From: Candidatus Marinacidobacterales bacterium
Lineage (GTDB): Bacteria > Acidobacteriota > Vicinamibacteria > Marinacidobacterales > DATDRI01
Direction of reading: 5' to 3'
DNA length: 64,000 nucleotides
NCBI GenBank assembly: GCA_965219415.1
Contig: CBDCNP010000002.1
Span: forward strand, 448,001-512,000
The translations under genes and the position numbers were made by a program. Every line of letters starts with the position of its first letter. Position 1 is the stretch's first letter. This document shows positions 1 through 9,397 of this stretch, in pieces. The notes beneath the pieces are model-generated. The model was given only the letters and a program-made list of their open reading frames with translations. It was not told the DNA's origin and searched no databases.

Positions 1-1632
1 AGCTTCCTTCGATATGTAGCCGTCTAGGACATCCTCCCGCACTAGGGCCGGATCTCGCCGCGCTGGGTCGCCGTACCCTCCCCCGCCGGCGGTCAGGTTT
101 CGAACCCTGTCTCCCACAGCGACCGCCGCCCGAAGGGTGCCACCCGCCTTTTCTCGGTCGGTGCCCGGGAATAGAACAAAGCCGTTTCGCTTCGGCTCTC
201 CTCCTCCCGCAAGCGGCCAAGGGCTCGTTTTCGTCTTTTTCGTGACCGAGAGGATCTCTCCGTCAGAGATGAATCGTATGTCGCGCTGGATTCCCAATCC
301 TCCCCGGTACTCTCCAGCGCCGCCGCTATCGATTCTGATCTCCGAACGCTCGAAGAACATACCGGTTTTCACTTCCAAGACCTCTGTCGGTGTGCTGCGC
401 ATGATGCTACCGGAAAAATGGTGTGTGGCGTTCGCCCCGTCGTGAATCGGCGTCGCCCCCCAGCCGATTGGACCACCGTCACTCACCGCGAAGAAACGTT
501 CGGTGTCTGGGTGAAGACCGACCATCATGAACCCCGGCAGATCGCTCCCGGAAGACGCGGCCATGAGCTCCGGCATGCCCTCCGCCAAGGCCTTATTGAT
601 GAGCTCCAATGCGACGATGGCCGTCCAAAGTGTGAATGTGGCAGCAGGATAAACGGCGTGAAAGAGCGTCCCCGGCGGGGCGATGACCGTGAGCGGGCGG
701 AAGTTTCCGGCGTTGGTCGGGGAATGAGGAGTGGTCAACGACTTGAAAACGATCTTGGCCATCGTCTCCGACAAGCCCAACGGCACGTTCACCGGTCCCG
801 GTACTGCCGGTGACGAGCCGGTGTAGTCGACCAAAAACTGATCTTCGTCGATGGTCACCGTGACCCTCATGGGGATCGTATCGTCCGAGACACCGTCATC
901 GTCCAGCAAGTCTTCCGCCATCCAGGACCCTTTTGGAAGCATTCGCAGAGCCTTTCGGGCCAACTGCTCCCCGTGCTCCATGATCCGCGTCACCGCAGCG
1001 TCAAAACTCTCTCGACCAAATTTGTCAAGTATCTCCACCAATCTCTTCTGACCGGTGCGCGTTGCCGCCACTTGCGCATCCAGATCGCCGAACACCGATT
1101 CGGGCATCCGTGAGTTGAAACGGATGAGCTCCATGATTTCCCGATCCGGCCGGCCTCTCTTGTAGACCTTGGTTCCAGGAAATATGAGCCCTTCCTGATG
1201 CATGTCGGTAGAATCGAGTACGTAGCCTGCATCCTTTGCGCCGAGATCCACCCAATGGGCCCGGATGCACGTGTAGGCAAAGGGACGATCTTCATGGGGC
1301 GCAAATGTAGGGGCGAATAGAGTGACGTCGAGAGTATGGGCGGCACTCCAGTAGGGGTAGTTGAGAAGCACTATGTCGCCGGGCTCCAGATTCTCTTCGC
1401 CCACGTGCTTCACCCCCTTGCGTATCGCATGGTCGTTGGCACCCACGAAGAAGGTCAGGCTGGGCGCCTCGGCGACAAGCTCGAGCTCGCGACTGTAGAT
1501 GGAGATACCGAAATCCAGAGCTTCGTAAATGACGGGGTTGAAAGCGGTACGAATGAGAGTACGTTTCATCTCGCTGGCCGCGGAGAAGAGGTAACTCCGA
1601 ACGACTTCGACCGTAGCCCCATCCAAAGTCAT
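1..1632 (-). CDS. Hydantoinase B/oxoprolinase family protein (3' end runs off the window)
   Basis: Manual translation from the ATG at 1632: MTLDGATVEVVRSYLFSAASEMKRTLIRTAFNPVIYEALDFG...AHWVDLGAKD...TAGGGGYGDP...VREDVLDGYISKEA. Close tandem paralog of 1644..3368. Absent from the ORF track because there is no stop inside the window. Confidence 0.92.
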   Translation of the reverse strand, partial: MTLDGATVEVVRSYLFSAASEMKRTLIRTAFNPVIYEALDFGISIYSRELELVAEAPSLTFFVGANDHAIRKGVKHVGEENLEPGDIVLLNYPYWSAAHTLDVTLFAPTFAPHEDRPFAYTCIRAHWVDLGAKDAGYVLDSTDMHQEGLIFPGTKVYKRGRPDREIMELIRFNSRMPESVFGDLDAQVAATRTGQKRLVEILDKFGRESFDAAVTRIMEHGEQLARKALRMLPKGSWMAEDLLDDDGVSDDTIPMRVTVTIDEDQFLVDYTGSSPAVPGPVNVPLGLSETMAKIVFKSLTTPHSPTNAGNFRPLTVIAPPGTLFHAVYPAATFTLWTAIVALELINKALAEGMPELMAASSGSDLPGFMMVGLHPDTERFFAVSDGGPIGWGATPIHDGANATHHFSGSIMRSTPTEVLEVKTGMFFERSEIRIDSGGAGEYRGGLGIQRDIRFISDGEILSVTKKTKTSPWPLAGGGEPKRNGFVLFPGTDREKAGGTLRAAVAVGDRVRNLTAGGGGYGDPARRDPALVREDVLDGYISKEA

Positions 1633-1643
1633 CGCAGTGCCTG

Positions 1644-3368
1644 TCAACCGGTCCGCAGTTTGCGGGTCGCTTCTTCATCCAACGCACCGTCGGCGACGAC
1701 GACCTTGTACACTTCTCGGGCTGCATCGCGAGACACGTACCCGTCGAGGACATCCTCGAGAACCCGAGCCGGCACCCGGTCAGCCGGATTCCCGTATCCG
1801 CCTCCGCCGGCGGTGAGATTCCGACACTTGTCTCCCGCCGCCACCGCCACTCGGTAGGTCCCCACCTTCTTCTCCCGCTCTGTCTCCGGATAGAGAACAA
1901 AACCGTTCCGCATCGGTTCCTTGCCGCCGGCGAGGGGCCAAGCGCTGGTCTTCGTCTTCTTCATCACCGAAAGCATCTCGCCATCGGAGATGAACCGGAT
2001 GTCGCGCCTTATGCCCAACCCGCCCCTGAATTGTCCCGGGCCACCGCTATCGGTGCGGAGCTCCAGGCGCTCGATGAACATCCCGGTCTTGACCTCCAAG
2101 ACTTCCATCGGTGTATTGCGGACTAGACTCTCCGACAAATGGCTGTTGGCATTGGCGCCATCATGGTCGGGCGTCCCACCCCAGCCTACCGGATCGTTAT
2201 TGCTCACCGCGAAGAAACGTTTCGTGTCCGGGTGAATACCGATCATCATGAACCCGGGCACGTCGCTTCCCGAGGAAGCCGCCATGCGTTCGGGCATGCC
2301 CTTGGCGAGGGCCTTATAGATGAGCTCCAGCCCAACGATACCCGTCCACAGCGTGAAGGTCGCGGCCGGGTACACGGCGTGAAAGAGGGATCCGGGTGGC
2401 GCGATGACCTCCAAGGGCCGGAAGTTGCCGGCATTGGTCGGGGAATAGGGTGTGGTCAGCGACTTGAGCACGACCTTGGCCATGGTCTCCGTTAAACCGA
2501 ACGGAACGTTGACCGGTCCCGGAACCCCCGGCGAAGAACCGGTGAAATCGACTACCAGCCTATCGTCGTCGATGGTCACCGTGACTTTCATGGGGATCAT
2601 GTCGTCGGAGACGCCGTCATCATCCAGTAGGTCTTCCGCGGTCCAGGAACCGTTGGGAAGCTCCTGAAGCCCTCTCAGTGCCAGTTGTTCACCGTGCTCG
2701 AGAATACGTTTCACGGCCGCATCGAGGGTCTCCCGACCAAATTTCTGGAGAATCTCTACCAATCTCTTGTGCCCGGTCCGAGTCGCAGCAACCTGGGCTT
2801 CGAGATCGCCGAATACCGACTCTGGCATGCGCGAGTTGAACCGGATGATCTCCATGATCTCTTTGTCCGGTTTGCCTTTCTTGTAGACCTTCGTACCAGG
2901 AAAAATCAGCCCTTCCTGGTGCATGTCGGTAGAGTCGAGCACGTAGCCCGGATCCTTGGCTCCGAGATCCATCCAATGGGCGCGGATGCACGTGTAGGCG
3001 AACGGCTTGTCCTCGTTCGGCGCAAAGACCGGAGAGAAGAGCGTGACGTCCAGAGTGTGTGCGGCGCTCCAGTAGGGATAATTGAGAAGAACAATGTCTC
3101 CGGGCTCAAGGTTTTCTTCGCCGACATGCTTCACCCCCTTGCGTATCGCATGGTCGTTGGCACCCAGAAAGAAGGTCAGGCTGGGAGCCTCGGCAACCAA
3201 CTCGAGGTCCCGACTGTAAATCGAGATACCAAAGTCGAGAACCTCGTAGATGACCGGGTTGAATGCCGTGCGGATGAGGGTTCTCCTCATCTCCCCGGCA
3301 GCCGAGAACAGATAGCTCCGAACGACTTCGACGGTGGCCCCGTCCAATTCCTTCGTCTGTTCCTTCAT
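1644..3368 (-). CDS. Hydantoinase B/oxoprolinase family protein
   Basis: 574-aa ORF with RTAFNPVIYEVLDF, AHWMDLG, QEGLIFP, DSGGPGQFRGGLG and TAGGGGYG motifs typical of HyuB/OplaH C-terminal half. Confidence 0.95.
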   Translation of the reverse strand: MKEQTKELDGATVEVVRSYLFSAAGEMRRTLIRTAFNPVIYEVLDFGISIYSRDLELVAEAPSLTFFLGANDHAIRKGVKHVGEENLEPGDIVLLNYPYWSAAHTLDVTLFSPVFAPNEDKPFAYTCIRAHWMDLGAKDPGYVLDSTDMHQEGLIFPGTKVYKKGKPDKEIMEIIRFNSRMPESVFGDLEAQVAATRTGHKRLVEILQKFGRETLDAAVKRILEHGEQLALRGLQELPNGSWTAEDLLDDDGVSDDMIPMKVTVTIDDDRLVVDFTGSSPGVPGPVNVPFGLTETMAKVVLKSLTTPYSPTNAGNFRPLEVIAPPGSLFHAVYPAATFTLWTGIVGLELIYKALAKGMPERMAASSGSDVPGFMMIGIHPDTKRFFAVSNNDPVGWGGTPDHDGANANSHLSESLVRNTPMEVLEVKTGMFIERLELRTDSGGPGQFRGGLGIRRDIRFISDGEMLSVMKKTKTSAWPLAGGKEPMRNGFVLYPETEREKKVGTYRVAVAAGDKCRNLTAGGGGYGNPADRVPARVLEDVLDGYVSRDAAREVYKVVVADGALDEEATRKLRTG

Positions 3369-5407
3369 TTGGCCTCCGTCTGGATCACGAGTTGTCCGTA
3401 GGGATCCACGCGCACCGATTGTTTCGAGTGAATGACGGTAGTCGAAGTTCCCTCATCGACGATGGCCGGGCCCTTGAACTCGTCACCAGGCTGCAATGAT
3501 TTCCGGCGATACACTTCGAAGGGGACGACCTTGCAAAGATCGAAGCAGTAAGCGTCTCTCGCCCCGAGAATGGCTCCGCCGAACGTGACTTCTTCTTTCG
3601 GAAGCTCGGTCATCTCGGGCTTGTCCATTAGGCCGCGGCCGCGGACTCGCAAGTTGACGGTTTGCATCAAATCCGAAGTCGTATGTCCGTAGCGTGTTTT
3701 GTGTAAGGCTTCGAAACGCTTGCGGAGCTCCTCGAACGGTAGCCCTGGGTCGACCGAGACGTCCAAAGCGTGCTCCTGTCCCAGGTATCGGAGCTCCAGC
3801 ACCCGATCGATCTCGATCTCCTTGTCGGACATACCTTGTTTCCGAAGCGCGTCGATCGCTTGTTTCTCGAGCTCCCGAAACCCATTCTCCAACTTCTCGG
3901 GATCGTAATCTTCTAAGACCTGCACATCGGTGCGCGAAAAATCGGCCGCGAGATCCGACATCAACATTCCCCAAGCCGAGAAGGCGGCGGGAGCAAGAGG
4001 AACAATAGTCTGAGGTATGGCCATTTCCCGCGCCAGGAGAGGCGCGAACATCGGACCGGCACCGCCGAAGGCCAGCAGCGTAAACTCCGTCGGATCGTAA
4101 CCACGTTCGACGGAGATCTCGCGGATGGCACCGACGGTGTTCGCCATCACGACGTCAAACATCCCGGCCGCCGCTTCGAGCACGTCGATCCCGAGAGGCT
4201 TGGCGATGACCCGATCGATGCCCTGCCGACTAGCTTCCGCGTCGAGCTCCATGCGCCCCTTTAGAAACTTGTTCGGGTCGATGTATCCGAGAGCCAGCGC
4301 CGCGTCGGTCGTCGTCGGCTCGGTGCCTCCTTTTCCGTACGCAATCGGTCCCGGCGCCGCTCCCGCACTTTGGGGCCCCACTTTGAGTAGCCCTTCTTCT
4401 AGCCAAGCGATGGAGCCGCCGCCCGCCCCAATGCTGCGGATGTCGTAGATCGGAATGAGGGCGGGGAGATGCTCGAGGTCGGCCTCGTGCATGAGGACCG
4501 GCTTCCCGTCCTCGATGAGGCAAGAGTCCAAACTGGTCCCCCCGAAGTCGACAGAGATGAGACGGTTGTTGCCGATCGTCCGTGCGATATGGGCCGCCCC
4601 CACAATGCCACCCGCCGGCCCGGACATGACGGTGAAGATCGGGCTCCGCCGCGCCACTTCCGCGGTCATGGCTCCGCCGCTCGAGCGGGTGATGAGAAAC
4701 CTGCCGTCGAAGCCTCTCGACCCCAACTCTTCCTTCAACCGGTCTACGTACTCCTCATAGATGGGGCGAATGTAAGCGTCGAGGACCGTCGTGCTCGTGC
4801 GCTCGTACTCACGATACTCGCGCGTGATATCTGTGGAGATCGAAACCGCAACCTCCGGGAAGTTTTCCTTCAACAGACGCGCCGCGCGCTGCTCATGCTC
4901 CGGGTTCTTGTAAGAGTGCAAGAAAACGACCGCTAGCGAGCGGAGCTCGTGATCTTCGATCAGGGTTCGCGCCGCTTCCAGCAGTGCCTTTTCGTCGAGC
5001 TCTTCGACGACCTCACCCTTGACATTGATGCGCCCGGGGACTCCCGCGGTGTGCCGGCGTCTCACCAAGGGTACCGGTTTTTCGTACCGGAAGTTGTACA
5101 TGTGCTCCGCCGGGACATTGGCGCGGCCGATTTCGAAGATGTCGCGAAAGCCTTCATTAGTAATGATGCCGGTCAGCGCGCCCTTCCTTTGAAGAATGGC
5201 ATTGAGACCGAGCGTGGTGCCGTGAATGAAAAGGCTCGCTTGTTTGAGATCGGTGCCGAGCTTCTCGAGGGCTTCGAGCACTCCCTTCCAGGGCTCTTGC
5301 GGGGTGGCGGGAGATTTTTCGAGCCGGACGGACTGGTTCGAGACGTCGAACTCGATGGCGTCGACGAACGTGCCACCGATGTCGACCGCGAGTCGATATG
5401 GCTTCAT
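3365..5407 (-). CDS. Hydantoinase A/oxoprolinase family protein (ATP-binding subunit)
   Basis: AVDIGGTFVD, HGTT, SGPAGG, DFGGTS, IGAGGGS and GPQSAGAAPGP motifs. Start moved to the ATG at 5407 (MKPYRL), which overlaps the stop of the upstream gene. Confidence 0.95.
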   Translation of the reverse strand: MKPYRLAVDIGGTFVDAIEFDVSNQSVRLEKSPATPQEPWKGVLEALEKLGTDLKQASLFIHGTTLGLNAILQRKGALTGIITNEGFRDIFEIGRANVPAEHMYNFRYEKPVPLVRRRHTAGVPGRINVKGEVVEELDEKALLEAARTLIEDHELRSLAVVFLHSYKNPEHEQRAARLLKENFPEVAVSISTDITREYREYERTSTTVLDAYIRPIYEEYVDRLKEELGSRGFDGRFLITRSSGGAMTAEVARRSPIFTVMSGPAGGIVGAAHIARTIGNNRLISVDFGGTSLDSCLIEDGKPVLMHEADLEHLPALIPIYDIRSIGAGGGSIAWLEEGLLKVGPQSAGAAPGPIAYGKGGTEPTTTDAALALGYIDPNKFLKGRMELDAEASRQGIDRVIAKPLGIDVLEAAAGMFDVVMANTVGAIREISVERGYDPTEFTLLAFGGAGPMFAPLLAREMAIPQTIVPLAPAAFSAWGMLMSDLAADFSRTDVQVLEDYDPEKLENGFRELEKQAIDALRKQGMSDKEIEIDRVLELRYLGQEHALDVSVDPGLPFEELRKRFEALHKTRYGHTTSDLMQTVNLRVRGRGLMDKPEMTELPKEEVTFGGAILGARDAYCFDLCKVVPFEVYRRKSLQPGDEFKGPAIVDEGTSTTVIHSKQSVRVDPYGQLVIQTEAK

Positions 5408-6579
5408 GATGGATCCTTTCGAACGGTGCGGCCCGCCTGCATGACGAAGAAAATCCCTTCGAGCGCTTTGATATCTTTGAGGGGATCTTCGCGGACGGCG
5501 ATCAGGTCCGCGCAATAGCCGGACTCGACAAGCCCGACGTCGCCGTCGATACCCATGAGCTCGGCAGGGCGAATGGATGAGGAACGAATCGTCTCGAGCG
5601 GCGAGAGGCCCGCGTCAACCATATAGGACATCTCTCGTACGGTGGCGTTGACTCCGTCCGACACTTCGCCGGGCGGTATATCGGTGCCGTTGACGATCTG
5701 AACCCCTTCCCGCACCGCGGTGCGGATGCTGTCCAGGTGCATACCACCGGCCCCGGTAGCCTTCTCGATGGTCCAGCCTGCGAACCCGTGATCCTTCATC
5801 CATCCCGGCGACCGCGTCACCGACAACGTCGGTACGACATACCCCGCGGCTTCTTTGATGGCCTGGCAGGCTTCCTTATCGAGCTGATATCCGTGCTCGA
5901 AACAGCGGACTCCGGCCTTCGCGGCTTTGATGATCTGCCCCGCCCCTCCCGCGTGCGCACAGACGTAGGTGTCTCGGGATCGCGCCACCGAAACGACGGC
6001 CTCCATTTCCTCGACACTCATCTGCGGCTCGGAGAAGGTCTCCTTCTCCTGCGCGATGCCGCCGGTGATGAAGACCTTGATATGGTCGGCGCCGGCGGTG
6101 AGCTCCTCGCGACCGGCCTTGCGAAAGGAGTCCGGACCGTCGGCGATGAGAGCACCGAAGCCACTCCCGTGACCGCCGGTCACGGAGATGCTCTTACCTC
6201 CGGAGACGATGCGCGGCCCGGTGGCCCAGCCCTTCTGGATCATCGTCCGCAGCGACAGATCGGCACGATGCATCTCCCCTACCGTACGAACGGTGGTGAT
6301 CCCCGCATGGAGAGCGTCGTTCGCCCTCTTCTGACACCTGAGCGCGGTGATCGCCGGACTCTCGTTCTCGTCGGTTTCGTGAAAAGGGAAGACGATCGAT
6401 AAATGAGTATGACAAGTGATGATGCCAGGCAGCAAGTAGGCCCCTTCGAGATCGATCGCATCTCTAATGCCTGACGCACGATCGATGGAAGCGATCCGGC
6501 CGTCGCCAATGGTGAGTGATCCCTCCTTGAACGATCCTTCCCGAACATCGAGGATCCTTGCGTTGGTCAGTACCGTCAT
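5404..6579 (-). CDS. Amidohydrolase family protein (metal-dependent, Xaa-Pro dipeptidase/imidazolonepropionase-like)
   Basis: LLPGIITCHTH (HxH), GADHIK, AHA, EHG and NGTD motifs; ADLIAV..DPL C-terminal signature. Confidence 0.9.
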   Translation of the reverse strand: MTVLTNARILDVREGSFKEGSLTIGDGRIASIDRASGIRDAIDLEGAYLLPGIITCHTHLSIVFPFHETDENESPAITALRCQKRANDALHAGITTVRTVGEMHRADLSLRTMIQKGWATGPRIVSGGKSISVTGGHGSGFGALIADGPDSFRKAGREELTAGADHIKVFITGGIAQEKETFSEPQMSVEEMEAVVSVARSRDTYVCAHAGGAGQIIKAAKAGVRCFEHGYQLDKEACQAIKEAAGYVVPTLSVTRSPGWMKDHGFAGWTIEKATGAGGMHLDSIRTAVREGVQIVNGTDIPPGEVSDGVNATVREMSYMVDAGLSPLETIRSSSIRPAELMGIDGDVGLVESGYCADLIAVREDPLKDIKALEGIFFVMQAGRTVRKDPS

Positions 6580-7942
6580 GTTGAGGCCTCCACACGAAAC
6601 TGGAGCGGGTAGAGTAGCCTCATCCCACCGCCATAGACCACCATCGTCACCACGAGTGACACGATAGGCTGGATACTCTCCGGCGGCGCGAGACGGCCGG
6701 CCACCACCCCCGCCGCGAGAGCAACAAGAGCCGCCAGATTCACACCGCGGGTGTATCGATACCGCCCATCCCTACTGTAGAAATCTTCCATGGCGGGTCG
6801 CCGACCTCTCACCAGGAAATAGTCCGCGATCATGACACCCACGAGTGGCGCAAAGATAGCCCCTAAGGCTACGAGGAATTCCGCTAGGTATCGTGTCACG
6901 CCAAAGTAGCCGAGCGCCGTGACGAAGAACCCAAGGACCAGGGTGTGAAGCCAACGCGAGCGACCGGGGAAAATATTCGTAAGCGCCAGCCCCCCGGAGT
7001 ACAAATTCTTGTCGTTGGTCGTCCAGGTCGCGAAGATGATGAGAACAAGCGCCGGTATTCCCAGGCCGAGCTGCTGAACTCCCAACACCGGATTCCACTC
7101 TCCGCTGACGAGGCGAGAAAGTGCGCCGAGGCCGATCATGAAGGCCGAGACCGGCACGATCCCGGACCAAATCCCAAGCCACAGCGAGCGATGGTCTTTC
7201 GAGTAGCGAGAGAGATCGGAAGAAGTGAAAGCGGCGGTGAACTGGCCCGACACCATGATGTTCATTCCGGCGAGAAAGCTCAGGCTTCCGTCACCTGGCC
7301 GATTGATGAGCTCCTGGAAGGGATGATCCAAGGCGATCTTCCAGGACAAGAGGCTGCAGAGAACGAGTAGAGCCGGCACCGACCAGGTGGCCAGCCTTTG
7401 AATCCAGCCGAAGCCCATGACCGCGATGACCACGTTGAGCGCCCCCATGACAATATCATGAGGACCGGCGAGGAAAAGCCGCTCATTCGCTCCATCACGC
7501 CATCCGCGGCCAACCCCGCAAGCTCTGCCTGAAACGCGAACCAACCGATCCCTGAGACTGTGATCGCTAATGAGGCGATCCAGGTCCCCGATGGAAAACC
7601 CAGCGATGAGCGGGTGAGCACGGACGCGGGGAGTCCGTGATCCGCCCCCGGGTAACCGGTCAAACTAATTATCGCGGCGGCGACGGTGTTTCCGATGAGG
7701 CCCACGACGACCGCCTCTTTGAAGGAAAGCCCGGGGAGCAAGATACCCCCCATCATCATCATGGGCAGGCAGACGTTGATTCCCGCATACATGACGAAGA
7801 GCGAGAACCAGCCGCCGGTGCGCGAGGCAGCGGGGACGGCGTCGACGCCGAAAGATTCGGCCTTCAGTGACAATAGACCCTGCCTACTAGAGAAAAAGCC
7901 GGCCGCGGCTGAAGCGTCTGCAGACGGCCCTTGCGCTTCCAA
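6576..7942 (-). pseudogene. NCS1/cytosine-permease family transporter, split by a 1-bp frameshift near 7454 (may be a sequencing error)
   Basis: ORFs 7280..7942 (N-half) and 6576..7544 (C-half) align end to end with the intact paralog 41862..43139 (SSPVLMI|xVMGALNV vs SSPLAMIALMGAANV). Motifs SDLSRY and ATWTTNDKNLYSGGL. Confidence 0.88.
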
Positions 7943-8090
7943 ACACTTCTTTGGGGAAGCGGTCGCGCTCTCCCCTAAAGTGAAACTACCACAGTCCTTA
8001 CTTTAGAAGCCCACGCGAACGCCGCGACGGATCTCGCGAAGGCTGACACGGTGCATCTGTCACCTTGGCCGTGACAGCTAGAATCGGTGG

Positions 8091-8120
8091 ACTCTACCCT
8101 GGCCCTGTCCGCGGTGTCAA
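8091..8120 (-). promoter_or_regulatory. Putative sigma70 promoter of the permease-amidohydrolase-hydantoinase operon
   Basis: Minus strand TTGACA-N18-TAGAGT about 150 nt upstream of the permease start. Confidence 0.5.
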
Positions 8121-8207
8121 GGGAAAAACCAGCGGATATGGCCCGAAATTCAAGCTTCGGGTCGAATAAACTGAAGGGTGTTTGGGTATGCATCACGAAG
8201 CAAGTTC

Positions 8208-8226
8208 TGTTACAGTACGCGTAACA
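8208..8226. promoter_or_regulatory. Palindromic operator candidate TGTTAC-N7-GTAACA
   Basis: Perfect 6-bp inverted repeat in the divergent intergenic region between the catabolic operon and the GntR gene. Confidence 0.4.
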
Positions 8227-8354
8227 ACCGTCTTATCGGATGTGTGTGACTGTGATGCCCGCGGAGCGCCGAACGATGCTCGAACGAGGTGTGCGGGTGC
8301 TCGAGCCGATGGATGGTAGCGTTCGTCCCTACACTATCGTCGAGCCCTGACGCC

Positions 8355-9329
8355 ATGGTTCGCGCAAAAGAGCCAAAGCAAATCGAGTTCCAGATCCGGC
8401 AGGACTCTCCGCTCTCGCCCGAGCAACAGTTGGTCAGCCAGCTGAAGCTCGCCATCATGCTAGGAGAGTTGAAGCCGGGCCAGACCCTTCCGTCGATTCG
8501 CGATATGGAGGGCGTGACCGGGCTGGGGCGCAACGTCGTATGGCGCGCCTACTCCAAGCTCGCCGAATTGGGCGCCCTGACGATCGAGCAACGAAAGCGC
8601 GCCGTTGTCAGCTCCAACGCCGACCCGAGTCGGGCCTCCAAGCTGGTGGCGGTCTACGATTGGCTAGGCAGAGATGTACTGGAGCGGATTCGGGCCCTTC
8701 GAGTGAACCCGCAATCTTTCGTGCGTTACCTGGATCACAGACTTCAAGAATCCGACGCCATCCAACACGACACGGTGTTCGTCGAGTGCTGCAAGGTGTT
8801 TGCTCAAGCTTGGTCGGCGGAGATCTCACAGCGCTGGGGTGTCCTGGTTCCCGGCTACGACTTCAATAAGATACGAGAGATGTCTTCCGATGAGCAGGCC
8901 CGTTTCAAATCGGTCTTGGTTCCTCTGGCGCACCACGAAGAGGTGCTCAAATTGTTTCAGGGCCCTCACACGCAAGTTATCCCCCTGACGTTCGTTTGGG
9001 ACGAAAAAATCATCCAAGAGCTCCAATCGCTCCCGGAAGGGGCCGCTCTGGTCATGTTCTTCGCACAATCCGCCTACTCCGATCCCTGGGTGCGAGAGCT
9101 CCGGAACGTTTGCCCCAACTTGACCATCGACGTCGTGCCCTATGAAAGCCCGCAGCAAGTCCACAACGTCATCGCATCGGGAAAGTATCAGCGGGTTCAC
9201 GTGAGCGGCGCCGTCATCGACGATGTGTACAGTGAGGTCAAGACCCACCCCGACTTCATCCAACAACCCCTCGAGCTAGACCTGCGCTCCCTGGAGGAGG
9301 CGCGCATCCAGGCGGGCGTCGTTTTGTGA
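8355..9329 (+). CDS. GntR family transcriptional regulator with extended C-terminal domain
   Basis: QLVSQLKLAIMLGELKPGQTLPSIRDME...GRNVVWRAYSKL is a GntR wHTH signature. Start set at ATG 8355. Confidence 0.88.
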   Translation: MVRAKEPKQIEFQIRQDSPLSPEQQLVSQLKLAIMLGELKPGQTLPSIRDMEGVTGLGRNVVWRAYSKLAELGALTIEQRKRAVVSSNADPSRASKLVAVYDWLGRDVLERIRALRVNPQSFVRYLDHRLQESDAIQHDTVFVECCKVFAQAWSAEISQRWGVLVPGYDFNKIREMSSDEQARFKSVLVPLAHHEEVLKLFQGPHTQVIPLTFVWDEKIIQELQSLPEGAALVMFFAQSAYSDPWVRELRNVCPNLTIDVVPYESPQQVHNVIASGKYQRVHVSGAVIDDVYSEVKTHPDFIQQPLELDLRSLEEARIQAGVVL

Positions 9330-9397
9330 GGACCAAATCGACTTTATCTCGGTAACCGTAACTTAACGGCGACGAGCCAGCCTGTTAATATGCGTTC

